A DNA stretch of 63,234 bases, filler included, from Reticulomyxa filosa (lineage: Eukaryota > Protista > Foraminifera): the NCBI GenBank assembly GCA_000512085.1. It is 24 parts of 24 records of this genome, joined end to end, with 100 filler letters (N's around TTAATTAATTAA, not from the genome) between each part and the next. Parts side by side here need not be neighbours in the genome. Positions count along the whole stretch, not along the records: positions 12,659 to 14,796 come from ASPP01029550.1; positions 14,897 to 17,597 come from ASPP01029580.1; positions 17,698 to 19,786 come from ASPP01022809.1; positions 19,887 to 22,257 come from ASPP01011250.1; positions 22,358 to 24,351 come from ASPP01023121.1; positions 24,452 to 25,961 come from ASPP01035686.1; 18 more parts are not named here. One strand, given 5' to 3'. The notes beneath the pieces are model-generated. The model worked only from the letters and a program-made list of their open reading frames with translations. It did no database searches and had not been told where the DNA came from. Shown here in pieces: positions 13,367 through 26,061 of the stretch (the stretch's first letter is position 1; each line of letters opens with the position of its first letter). The position numbers and the translations under genes were made by a program.

Positions 13367-14796
13367 TCAACGTGATTGATTCGATTCATCTCCGAAAATG
13401 TTTCGTTGATTCAAACGAGCAGCTTTAGTTTCCAACTTACAGTTTGAACAGGATCTCAAGTTGATTGCCATTGCACACGTAGTCCCAACTGAACTGCTTC
13501 GGATAGTGATAGTCCATTTCACACCGAATTTCTCGCATATGTCGAGCAGCATAATATTTCTTTGATTTCTTCCTGTGCACATAGAATTTCTTTTCCGCTC
13601 TTGGACAATGTCTTGATATTTTTTTAATACTTGCTGGCCATGTTTCTACTGGTACACATAAGCTTTTGCTTTTTGCAAGCAATCGATCAATGTGCGTGTC
13701 AATGATATCTTAAACAATCAGGCCTCTTTCATTGTAATAACTCGACATACAATTCTGACTGTCTTTCTGCATCGCTATTTGTGACTATATTTGGACTTGC
13801 TTGAAGGAGTGCATTTCACTTCTGCTTGTAGACTCCGTTTCTGTGTTAACATCTGCAGAAACTTTGAATATTTAAATGTCCATATTTTCAACAAGTTGTT
13901 TCTTTTTTTTGTTATCAAAATCATGAATGGTTGAGTTCCACTTTGTCGGATGAGCTGTTTTCGCAGATATTAATTCTTTTACATTTTGATAGAATGTATT
14001 TGTGTCAGCATTTTGATCATCTTCTTCATTGTGGTCCTGTCATCTCCTATACTTGTGCTTTATTTGTTGTAACTTTGAGAAAAAACAAATTTGATAAAAA
14101 AAAAAGACAATAATACTTTAAGCAAGTTTTACCACTAATCAATTTTGATAGTACACAAACAAATAAATATTTTAAAAAAGTGTTTGTTTAAACAAAATAG
14201 TTGCTTTAATATCTTCTTTCAAAGGTGATTGAATTAATGAGGTGTAGTCATTGCATCCGAAACACAATCTGCTCACAATTTTTGTTTAAAAATTTGAAGA
14301 AAAGTTGAACTTGCAGAAAATTTTAAAAAATATCAAACAATTGGAGAAATTGATAAAATTTTGAAATTAAATAACACATTAAAACGATTCATTCAACTCT
14401 AACACAAATTTTTTTTTAGAAGTTCAGTAAAAACAAATACTTCACATGATGGCAACTAAAACAGCTCGAACGAGAGTTTTTTTCAGCCCACAGTTGACAG
14501 CGTTTCAACTTGGTACACTTACACACAGCCACAAACGGACTGTCTCACACAGTCGCAGCCGTATTTCAAATCAAATTTCGTGCATCATCGACAACATGTA
14601 GCCAATAGTGATGTTCTCACATAAATTCCAATGGTCCTTTCTTCGAGTTTGTGTGCTTGTCGACGTACTTTCTTTTCCATTCTTGAACAATGCCTTGCTC
14701 TTTTTTCCCCGCTGGTCGTGTCTATACTGGTTTGTGCAAGCTTTTGTTTTTGCGGATCATTGATAAATATTGTGTCAATGGCATTTTGGACAAAGG
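13367..14796 (-). pseudogene. Two tandem, diverged, frameshifted copies of an unknown gene
   Basis: RHCPRAEKK (~13610) parallels RHCSRMEKK (~14680). Both copies share a downstream sequence aaaaatatcaaacaattgga (13266, ~14326). Multiple frameshifts and stops. Confidence 0.45.
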
Positions 14797-14959
14797 NNNN
14801 NNNNNNNNNNNNNNNNNNNNNNNNNNNNNNNNNNNNNNNNTTAATTAATTAANNNNNNNNNNNNNNNNNNNNNNNNNNNNNNNNNNNNNNNNNNNNAGTA
14901 CACAATATCGGCGAGGGCATTAGTTTCCAGACAATACACGGCCTTTTGCAGAATTTTGT

Positions 14960-15257
14960 AAAGTGGTTCAATTGGAAAAAATTGACTTTTAAAAGATTTT
15001 TTTGTTGGTATTTATTCCATTCATGACGACGTCAAAATAAACCATTTGATCTGGAACTTAGTTGGGTATTGAATGACTCAAAAAAGTTAATCTTACTTTG
15101 TTCGTTTGTTTATTTGGTTGGTGCATTGAAAACAAAGAAAATTCATGTTTGGACGAACGACAGACACGTATTTGTTCCACAAGATGTGTTGTCACAAGCA
15201 AAAGACGCTGGTGTCAAAGCAACACAAGATGAAGAGTCCGATGATGAAGATGCTTAA
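14960..15257 (+). pseudogene. PSMA3: Proteasome subunit alpha type-3 (alpha7) C-terminal fragment with frameshift
   Basis: GIYSIHDDVK/KPFDLELSW, then after an intron WTNDRHVFVPQDVLSQAK...EESDDEDA*, matches the alpha7 C-terminus (IYIVHDEVKDKAFELELSW...HEIVPKD...EDESDDD). 1-nt deletion at ~15037. Confidence 0.75.
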
Positions 15258-15648
15258 TTTGTGCCACTTTTAATTTTGACAATCAAATCAATTTGTTGTT
15301 ACCCCTTTTTTTTTGCTGAAATTCAGGGCAATAATCAATTTCACAAATTTCAATATTCAACATGCTCGCGTACACTTTATTACAAGGAAAATAATATTTG
15401 TTATTTCAGCAATGAAATTTTGTTACTGAACCATATTTTATTATAAGAAAAAAAGGGTTTGTTGGTGCTTAAAAGAATTTTTATTAGACTTACACTTTGC
15501 GAACTTGTATGATTTCAAAAAATTTGCTTGCTGAATAGATGTTGAATTGTTCACTTTAAAAATAACAAGTTTAAAATAAAAATTAAAAAACAAAACATTT
15601 GGAAAACAAACAAGATTCACAATTTCTTTGTTCCCCCTACAACAAAGA

Positions 15649-17597
15649 TTAATCAATTTCTTCCTTTTACAAATCGGTATTTTCTGCGCATCGTCTGGTT
15701 TGTCCGCTGATTTTTCTTCTAGTACCTCTTTTGCTGCTTCTTGCGGCTTATCATCTTCAAATTCTTTCAATATTCAACGACCATCCATATTCCAGTGTAA
15801 CCAAAGAAGTCGAATAAACCATTCGATGCTGACAATGACTTTTTCCACATTGTCCCCCAGGATCTCTTTCATTTTCTTCGCCAGAGACTCATACGTAACT
15901 TTTTCGTTTTTTTGTTTCTATAAAAACACATAAAAACAAATTATACGTAATGTTTTTAGTTTTTTTTTAAATAAGTATCCTTTTTAAAAAAACTAACTTT
16001 TTTTCTTCTTCGGTCAAGGGTAAATCCAGACCTTTCGTAACGCACAATAATTTCTTTCCATAATATTCTCGCAATAGTTGGACTGCAGATACGTCGATAG
16101 GGTCCACTAAAATAAGACTTCTAAGTCTATCTTCTTCAATACTTCCAAAAACGGCGACATTTTCACATTTGCTCGCGATTCACCTATAATGTAGTAAATG
16201 TGCTTTTGATTTTCCTTCATTTTGCCAACAAATTTCTTTAAGCGACGTGAGTTCTCCACTAGATTTGGTCGAATGATATTTCAGCAAATAGTCTAATTTA
16301 TTGAGATTCTTTTCATCTTTATTAATTCCCAGTTTGAGCTTATTGTGGAACTGCTCGTAGAATAATTTGAAGTCGGCCTTATTTTCCGCAATTTCGCCAA
16401 ATAGCTTCGAACACTTATTTAATACATTTCTCTGGATCTTCAATATCTTATTTTGCCGCAATGATTTTCACTAAGGTTCAATGGCAAATCTTTGCTGTCC
16501 TGTACACAATGAATGGACATATATTCATTGCAAAGACCATTGCAATCATCAATAATAAAAACTCTTGGAACTAAGAGTTTAATGTTCTTCTCTTTCTTCG
16601 TCGGCTCAGATGGTGCCTTCTTTGGCACAAATAACAAGCCAAACATCTTTTTTTTTTGTTTAAAAAAAAAAAACAGCAGCAACACTTCCCCCCCACACGT
16701 ATGTACGTATATTCAAAACAAATAAAAAACAAACGCAAAACCTTTTCTTCTTCTTTGCACAAGTTAATCCGGAAAACAAATTGATAGTGTTTTTTTAGCA
16801 ACTTCTTTTAAAGTTTTTTCCTTACAAAAGTTTGCGCAATCATTTTTTAAGTATAAGTATAAGTATATCTCAGTTCCCCGTTTTATCTGGTACGGGTTAT
16901 CGCTGTCATCACGAACCCTGTAAGTGCCGCTTGCTGTACTTTTCCACACATGTTGTTCATACTCGTTTTCACTTTTACTTATCTTACTTTGTTTAATTCT
17001 CACCAACACGCGCTTACTCACTAAATATGCGCTATAAAAGCCAACATCAAATTGTACTATTTCAATAAATTTTTTCGTGCCACTTCGGGCAATTATCACA
17101 ATGTTATTCACAAGATCTTCTTTTGTCATCCAACTCCCGGTATCTCTTATTATCAACCGTTTTTCATCGGGATTGGGTATATTCTCAATTTTAAGTTCTT
17201 TCTTTTTTCTAACACTTCAGGGTTCGGACGAGACAGGTATCTTATTTTGTAAGCGCATTGATTCATTTAATATTAACACTCAAAAAAACTTCATCACTAG
17301 ATCAAACGGCATTAATTATTAATCTATTTTTGTTATATGTATTTGTGTTTTTTTTTTTTTTGTTATACGTATACTTTTTTTTTTAAGTTATACATACGTT
17401 TTTTGTTTTTTTTTGCGAAATCTTCGCGTAAAGAAATTTTCTTTTAAAAAAAAATACCTCATCATTTGTGCGATATCCTCATTAAATTGAAAAGTCTCAG
17501 CTTCTCGGCTAGACTTCCAACGCTCTTTTGCTTCCATTTCTTCCTGGGTCTCTTTGTTGTTTGCCGTTTCCTATTGTTTAGGTTTTTCCTCATTTAC
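15649..17597 (-). pseudogene. HSP90: Cytosolic Hsp90 pseudogene (intron-retaining, internal deletions)
   Basis: ETFQFNEDIAQMMS|[85 protein letters not shown] and a terminal EEID* (~15649-15663). Many stops and frameshifts. Confidence 0.93.
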
Positions 17598-18819
17598 NNN
17601 NNNNNNNNNNNNNNNNNNNNNNNNNNNNNNNNNNNNNNNNNTTAATTAATTAANNNNNNNNNNNNNNNNNNNNNNNNNNNNNNNNNNNNNNNNNNNNTGC
17701 ATTATTTTTGATTGGTTATAATAGTACTGTACAAGTATGGTCTGCTGCAGTTGGAAATTAAATGAACATGTTATGAATAGCGGTGGCAAGCAAAAATATG
17801 CATTCATTTTGATTGCGTTGATGCAATTTATCTTTTTTATTTGAAAACACGATTTTTCGCATTTTGAGGTACGTATATACAATAAAGAATTTCATCATTG
17901 TGACTCATGTTTATTTATGAAGTAAAGCGAAATGGTATAGAGGTTTTTACAAAAAAAAGAATTGTAATTTTGTGTCAATTTTTTGCACTTGTTTCAAATT
18001 AGTTTTGGTTTTTTCTCCGTCATTCATAACACATCACAGAGAAAGAAAACCTTCACACAACAAGTTATTGCATCTTTGTATGGTAAGGAAATTATTGCCC
18101 AATTGTTTGCAGAACAAATATTCACGTGACGCAAAGCCTTTTCCATGTACGTTGAATTGTTGTCGTTGCAAACGCAATTAACTTAACAAAAGTGTCACAA
18201 CTTAGGCTGAAAACAATGATGAAACAGAAGATTTGCCTTCAAACAGCAGATATCGTAATTAGGAGGTAAAAGACTTCAATCTTGATCTATTTTTTGAATA
18301 GAAAAAGGAAACAACCCCCTTGAATTCTTTTTTTGGAAACTTAATTTTCAATTTTTGGTATTTGATGCCGAGAGTAGTTTTTTGGATGTGTAATTTCGTT
18401 TTTTTTTTTAAACTCTAGGCAGAATATAGTTTTTATTCACTTAGTCTTACAACACTTTGAAGAACACAAACTCGAGAGTGTTTATAAGACAGATGATGAT
18501 TGGAAATGACTGGCTAATCAAGAGACTTGGAATATGTCCGTGCCGTTCAAGAGTATAAATGTCTCAAATCTGATCAAAATAAAATTAAAATTACCTTAAC
18601 TGGTGCTAAACGTCGGTGTCATCTTTTCACATTTTATTCAAAGTTTTTTCTATTTGCTTTGTCTTGTCTCGAAAAAGTAGCAACGAAAGCCATTGTCATA
18701 TTTGCGACAAAATTGTGTGTTTTTTCTGTTTTGATATTGATATTGAAGATCATTCTGTTGAATGTACCTATTAGCTCTTTTAGGCTATTATAACATTTTT
18801 TGTTTCACTGGGCTTTTAA

Positions 18820-19340
18820 TGATTGGAAGGGCACAAGCTTCCATGGCAGCCATTCATCCTATAATAATTATAACAATACAATATAAGTTATTATTATTAT
18901 CATATGAAAAATTCTTTTTGTTTTAGACATACCTAATGGTTTGCACTAATCAAAGGAGGTTACAACTAGTGCAAATATGGCGTCAGCTTGTCACTGGCTT
19001 CAATCAAAGTGACGCTCTCAACTTTTGCTTTGTTTGTTGCTTTTTCAATTTTTTGGTGGGCTAGGATCTACATCAGGGTCATCAATGCACATCATATCAC
19101 TAATGTGCGGCACCTTTTCTTTTTTCAAGGTTTTCACGTTTACACCGACGTTATCACTAACTTCTGCTTTGTTGACTGTTTTGTGTGCATTTCAATAGAA
19201 AATGCTTTGACAGTTACGCTCGCTGGATAAAAACGAACAGGGACACCAGAGGTAATTATTCCTTGTTCAATACGTCCAGTGATTACACCACCCGCTTCTT
19301 AATGTTATAAATACCACTGATTAGCATACGGAGTTGTTTT
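18820..19340 (-). pseudogene. EFL: Elongation factor-like (EFL) GTPase, domain II/III pseudogene
   Basis: LRMLISGIYN..GGVITGRIEQG..VRFYP...KAFSIEMH/KTVNKAEVSDNVGVNVKTLKKEKVPHISDMMCIDD...LVVTSFD*CKPL-G fits EFL better than canonical EF-1alpha. Stops, frameshifts, deletions and a retained intron (~18862-18932). Confidence 0.8.
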
Positions 19341-19972
19341 CAATTCATCATAATCCAAAGCAACATAGACAATCTTTCATTAATGTCTAGCACAGTTTCT
19401 TTATCAGCAGTGGTTGTGAATGAATATATTCTTTCAATTAAGATTTTTCCAATTATTCAATATGTGCTCGACCACTTGATCCACATAGTTGCCAAATAAT
19501 CACTGTTGTGTTTTTTGATAATTGAACTAATCTATGATTTACGATTCTTTGTTTTATTATTTCTTTCTTCTTCAGTCCTTGAGAAGACTTTTCTAATGTC
19601 TTAAATAGTCTCTTTACTTACATGATTTGTTTCCAACATTCTTCTTCTTTTGTTTTCTGGGAGCAAAGGACATTGGGACTTTAGTTTTTGTTGTCAAAAA
19701 GACGGCATTGCAAAAACGAACATAAAAAAACTTGAACTACATCCCCCCTCCAACACTTTTGGAAATTTTTTTTTTTGACAAAAAGTNNNNNNNNNNNNNN
19801 NNNNNNNNNNNNNNNNNNNNNNNNNNNNNNTTAATTAATTAANNNNNNNNNNNNNNNNNNNNNNNNNNNNNNNNNNNNNNNNNNNNTTTTTCTCTTCCTT
19901 CTCCTCCCTTTTCCCTTTTTTTTTTTTTTTTTTGCTTTCTCAAAGATTTTTTCTCTTGTCACACGCGCACTC

Positions 19973-21508
19973 CTACTGTTGCAGTAAAATGGTTGACTTA
20001 TCCTTTGAAGTACGTTTACTTTGTGTATCTTTGCGGTTGGTATCAGCCTGGTATTCTTCAGAGAGTTCAAGTGATTTATGGTCCTCATCCTTGTTATCAT
20101 CACGACGATCTTCTTGGAGTGTTGGTTTTTTGCTTTGGACGGGGTGTGTTGGAACATCGGGCATATCAGAGTCCAGCTCATCCAAGTATTGCTGAGTCAG
20201 CAAATCTTCATACTCCTTGTCAATCACAGCATCATCCACATCAGTCGAGACTTGCAAAGGCGTGCTCAATCGATCACTTACATCTTTGTTTTGAGCCGCT
20301 ATATTTTCAAAATTTCCCATCATTGCATCGATCTCTTCTAAAGAAGGTTGTTCCGATGTTAGTTTCTTAAATATTTCATTTGCGGCTTTCATTTCGCGGA
20401 ACACCTTAATTTTAATATCAACAAATGTATTTACATTATTATATAAATGTACAGTATAATATATAAAAGTATATAAACCAAACCATTTGATTTGTTTCAA
20501 TGTCATTAATATGTTCGATAATGTTTTGGAAATTGTGAATTTGTTGTTGAAAGCGTGCTTGGCGACCAACGAGAAGCTTTTTACGGTTGAACGTGCTTTG
20601 GTATTGTCGAAGGATATCTTTGCACGCTTGAGCACGAGGATTGTCGTATTTATGTTTATACTTTTCAATGGCTTGTTGGGTCACGTTGAGAATAAATTCA
20701 GTCAGTTGTTTAATCTCCTCGCCCATATCGTCTTTCTGTTGTTCCAAATATATGATCATCAGTTTCAACGACATCTGTCTCATTGCCTTTTCCTCGGCGT
20801 CTGTGATCTCACCCCAGCCAAATTTTACATCTTTTTTTTTTTTATAGTATTTCATTTGACAAAAAAAAAAAAAAAAAAATTTCTTTGTGATCAATCCAAT
20901 AAAAAAATCACAAGAGTATATATATACATATATATGTATATGTATATGTATATGTGTATATAAACATACGTATACTATTTACAAAAAAAAAGACACAAAA
21001 TGGACCTCATTTCTCAAAGAAGAAGGATGGCGTGGAAGTGCGTTGACAAATGTAAAGACAGGCGATTGTGTTTGAAACGATTCGTGTTTGACGTCGGTGG
21101 CATCTTTCAACAAAGCAGTATTGCGTTTGGAAGCATCATCTTCGAGATGGTTGTGATGATAGCCATTGAAGTGGATGATTTGAATACGCTGTTGGGACTG
21201 CAAATACTGTTTGACGAGGATAATGTCTTGGTCGGTGAGTCGAAACAAGTCCTTGCATAGTCGATGGAACACGATGCTGTTGAGAATCACCTGTCGCGAA
21301 TTGATATGATGAGAGCTGCGTTTCCTCTTCTTACCACCACTATTACTACCATTACTATTTTTGGTCACAGAATGGCAATTGTCCATCAAAGGCGAAGACA
21401 TGTCCATTTGCTCGACAAACACACCAGCCGAGCATAGTTCATCCAATTCAATCTTCTCAAACGAGTTCATATCGCTACTTTTTCTGGGTTTCTTTCGACT
21501 AGCATTGG

Positions 21509-21539
<31 letters not shown>

Positions 21540-22257
21540 GACAGTGGGAGTTACATTTGCTTTTGCGCTTGAATGTGTATTTCCATTGACACTTGTTGCA
21601 TTATTTGTATCATTTGTGTTACTACTATGATTTGTGTTGTCCTTTGCATGATTTGCACTTGTGTCAACATATCGATGCGAAAAAAGCGCAGAGGGGATGT
21701 GTTGATGCCGTCGCTGTCGCAGCTCTCGAGGCAGATGGCCTCGATTTTGTCGACGACGTCGTCCAAGACGCAGCGCAGGATGACGGGCGTGTCGATAACG
21801 AGCACAGGGGACGGAGATGAAGAAGAGACGACAGAGGCCGAATGAGGGTCGTTACCTAACATAACAGGAGAAGAAGAAGAGGAGGAGGAGGAAGAAGAAG
21901 AAGAGGAGGAGGAGGAAGAAGGGGGTTGTGATGTTAGAAAATTGGAAAGTGAGTAATAGCCACTCACATAGCCCCAAATTGACGACATGACATTGCTTAC
22001 AGTCACCACAAGACCATTGCCATTGTTATTTTCAATATCATTGTCATTGTCATTGTCATTGTCATTGTCATTATCATTGCCATTGCCATCATTATGTTGT
22101 TGAGATAGATTACTATCATTGTCATTGCCATTGCCATTGCCATTGTCATTGTCATTGTCATCATTCGAATAAATTACTCTTTGCTCTTTTTCTTCATTCC
22201 CTTCTGCTGTCGTTGCTGTCGTTGCTGTCGTTGCTGTCGTTGCTGTCGTTCGTCTTC
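19973..22257 (-). CDS. CHMP7: CHMP7-like ESCRT-II/III hybrid protein (N-terminal domain with low-complexity inserts + Snf7 domain)
   Basis: Snf7-like helices (QQQIHNFQNIIEHINDIETNQM|VFREMKAANEIFKKL...LEEIDAMM...DDAVIDKEYEDLL), with a long N-terminal region containing SSIWGYVSGYY and LTDQDIILVKQYL...VKF. Intron at 20483->20405. Apparent homopolymer frameshift at ~21680. Confidence 0.72.
22021..22250. repeat. Hexamer (CATTGT/CATTGC)n and 9-mer (GCTGTCGTT)n tandem repeats
   Basis: Directly visible. They encode ND/NG and RQQ runs on the minus strand. Confidence 0.9.
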
Positions 22258-22357
22258 NNNNNNNNNNNNNNNNNNNNNNNNNNNNNNNNNNNNNNNNNNN
22301 NTTAATTAATTAANNNNNNNNNNNNNNNNNNNNNNNNNNNNNNNNNNNNNNNNNNNN

Positions 22358-24351
22358 TATATTTAGATGTGTCTTTGGTTTTGACTCATTCCAAATCTTG
22401 TATGCCAATACAAGATTATGACCATTGAATCGACCTGACCATCTGATACACTTGTGGTACAACTTCACTTCTTCTTGTCTTCGTCGCCATTCAAGAGTTG
22501 AATTCATAAAGAAAAACAATTTGAACAAGCACCTCACCCAAAAATGAGTACAGTACTAAATACACACTGCAATACAACAACACTACAAAAAAACAAAAAT
22601 AAGTGTCTTCAATGTTCTTGTGTCCGTTCGTATCCTAATATCGCTTGAATGAAGTAGTCATTGAAGGTAATCTTGTAGAAAGGCTTGGGCCTTTCAACAA
22701 TTTCCACATTGGTGCACTGCATGTTCAATCCTGTAAGTCTTTCTTTGAATACAGTTACGTCTTTAGCCCCGATCATAGATAACAATCTGGTTCTTGTAAT
22801 GTATTTATAATTGTTCATCAACAACATTTTGAGATTGTTGTTTTTTATTATTTACAATAGTCGCATGGACGAAACCAATACGCAATTTCATTTGCTTGGC
22901 TTGGTCTATAGACTTGTAATATTCCTTTCACAACCTTTCGTCTTGAATCGCTATCTGACACATGACAAATGATGTATTTGCCTAACACTAATTTGTTAGC
23001 CTTTGTGATTGTGGACGTATACGTCATTTTCAATAATTGGTTTACCAGTATTTTTTCGAAGGTCCCGTGACAATTTGATTGGAGTTTTTTGATTTACGAC
23101 AATGTTCGATGGATCTGCAAATGTGAATATAGGATTATTTTTTTTTTGGTTCATTACGACACATTGCAATTCTTTGTATTCGTTCCAATCGTTTCTTATG
23201 ATGTCTGCTGCACCATTCCAAAATGCTTTTTTTTTTAGATAGGCTGCAGTGGGTGCGTGTCAAGCATCGGACTACTCTCGCTTCTCTCTACCTGCACAAA
23301 CTCAGGTCTTTCTAGATAAGAAATAGAACACAGTACTCAAAAAAGAACATAAGACAAAAGAAAGACACAACACCTTACAACGACCAAAAGGTCAATGCAA
23401 AATAATTAAAAGAAAAACAATAAAGTTATTCCACTGCCTTGACAGCTTTAATTCTAATGTCTGGTTTCCATGCTCGGTCTCCAACAATGAAATATTTCAT
23501 CGATAGGAACAATATATTAATATCTGGAAGAAATATCTGGACATTTGTCCACCAACTGCGACGTAATTCTTGATACCGCAAACAATCCATCAGGAAATGC
23601 TCGACAGCTCTTCTTCTTCACACCAAATACAATCAGGAGAATCTGATCTTTTGATTGTATAAATAATCATTCAGTCCAACTTTGCCAGCAATCAACCGAC
23701 AAATGATTCTGCGTTCACTAAATGTCAATGAATGCATAACAATCTTCTCAAAGATTGAGCTTCCATCAGGTTAGATAAAAAATATCGTGGCATTACATGT
23801 CTTATCCACTCCTTCGCATATCCAATGTCTATTCCATGATTATTTAGGAATGCCGCTGATCTATGTTGTGTGATCAGACCAGGAATTTCAGAATGATTAA
23901 ATGATCTTAGGATCTTTTGACAATCCATAATTTACACTTTATAGATTTCGGAATCACATTTGTTGAATAATGCATTGATCACGAACTTGCAATCAGTCAG
24001 GATAATCACCCTTCCACTATGGAATCTGTAATGATCACCGACATACTTCAATGCAAGTCTCATTGTTCGTAATTCCATTGATTGGATATTTTGGCATACT
24101 TGGATTTTGAATTACAAGTCCTACGGAGGAAGTTGGGAAATAACATTGACTGTGTCATAAGTAGTCTGGTTCATTACACCAAGAATGCGGCACATTGCAA
24201 TCCTTTGTATACGTTCCAATCATCTTTTATGGTATCCGCTGCACCATTCCAAAATGCCGAAGCATACTCAAGACTTGGACGAATGATGGTCTTGTATAAT
24301 AAATTATATGTGGATAAACTCGGTCTGACACCTTTGTATGAGCATAAGTAT
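22358..24351 (-). mobile_element. Decayed non-LTR retrotransposon (LINE) fragments: RT C-terminus, RNase H, CCHC zinc knuckle
   Basis: LLYKTIIRPSLEYASAFWNG (RT thumb, ~24230-24310), RVIILTDCKFVINAL (RNase H, ~23975-24020) and SPDCIWCEEE..VEHFLMDC (~23585-23640). A second AFWNGAAD copy at ~23205-23230 and LEWRRRQEEVKLYHK at ~22450-22500. Many stops and frameshifts. Confidence 0.85.
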
Positions 24352-25601
24352 NNNNNNNNNNNNNNNNNNNNNNNNNNNNNNNNNNNNNNNNNNNNTTAAT
24401 TAATTAANNNNNNNNNNNNNNNNNNNNNNNNNNNNNNNNNNNNNNNNNNNNTTGTGATTCCAAAAATAGGTAATTGAAAATTAGAATTGTTTTTTGGAAC
24501 GAATCCTTACTTTTTCTTGAGTAACAAATTTTCTCTTCCAGAGAAAAAATTTTCCCTTTTAAAAAAAGTTCTCTTAGACATTACGAAAATGGTTTTTGCT
24601 CTTCTCTCTTCAAACAATTTAACAAGCCAAATGTATACAACATGGAGCACTCCTTTACCAATGTATTCCTCTACAAAAATGTAACATCTGCCGAAAAAGA
24701 AAGAATAGAGTTAGTGTAAACTCATGAAATTATTTATAAATAAATCAGATATTCAATCATACACCATTTTCACAATCAAAAACAAAGTCTACAATATTAC
24801 CTTCTGTTCATCGAAATTGATTGTCTATAACAACCAGTACGTGGAATTACAAAAAATCATCACAACAATGGGGTCAATTGTTACAACGACGTTCTCAATG
24901 TTAACATATGTATTAGTTTGTTTTTTTAGCACTTTTTTACCAAAAACTTTTTTTACTAGATCATGTTTCTATGTATTTTCTGTCACTGTATTGTGACCAA
25001 ATAAAGAAATAAGCCAAAAACTCATTCAAAGCATGTCGAATCTAATACTTCAACGATTGACTATCCAAAAAAAAACAAGTTATCAATGATTTACTTTTTT
25101 TGGAATTATCATCAGTGAAAAAAATAGTTGATATTGAAAACAATGAAAAATCACAGGATAGATGTACACACAATTAATCCGATGATTCATTATTAAAACA
25201 TGTAAATCTTCGGCCATAATTTCTGAACATTGAGCGGGAATCGAATTAGCAAATATAATTTTTATTATCAAGAAACGGTTTAAAAAAAGGATTCTCCCAT
25301 AAAATCCTTAATAGTGGCGAGAGGTCAAGTTGATGAACGTGGACAAAGTTTGTAATTGATCTTTAAAGTCAAGATCCTCCAAAGTAGATTTGACGACAAA
25401 AAAGAGACCCTCACAAAAAAAAAAGACATGACACCACAATTTGGACCAGTTGTGGGTATCTTGAAACTAACAATGTAACAGATTTTGAGAATTTTGCGCA
25501 ACTGGATGCACAGAATGAAGACAAAGAGACAACACGAACTAGCCTCTTCGCATATCTTTTCAATCTGTCTTTAAAAACAGTGACAAAGAAGAACCTTAGA
25601 A

Positions 25602-25919
25602 ATGAGTTTTGACGTCATTTTCGAAAAAAACAAATCGTCCATGGAAAATCTGTTAAACATTAAGAAAACAGACCCATCATCAGAAAGTATGCAGTACCTG
25701 TCTTACTTAATCTTTTTTGACAGCAAAACTAAGAGCGCATTGCATGGACTTATGAATGACTTGGCAGAAAGTGACTCAAAGGCATATCAAGAATTCCTGG
25801 TCTCTCAACACAAGGCTTATATGGAGTCGAGCAAAGAAACGGACGCAAAGCGAAAGAATGGACAAGTGCAAGACATAAACTACAGCGAGCAAAAAGAAGC
25901 GCACAAAATGAACCAATGA
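25602..25919 (+). CDS. Hypothetical protein fragment
   Basis: 105-aa ORF with coding-like composition; no family recognised. Confidence 0.3.
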   Translation: MSFDVIFEKNKSSMENLLNIKKTDPSSESMQYLSYLIFFDSKTKSALHGLMNDLAESDSKAYQEFLVSQHKAYMESSKETDAKRKNGQVQDINYSEQKEAHKMNQ

Positions 25920-26061
25920 GCATTGGAAACAACATTTGTGAAGCCAAGAAAAGAGGTGGAANNNNNNNNNNNNNNNNNNNNNNNNNNNNNNNNNNNNNNN
26001 NNNNNTTAATTAATTAANNNNNNNNNNNNNNNNNNNNNNNNNNNNNNNNNNNNNNNNNNNN

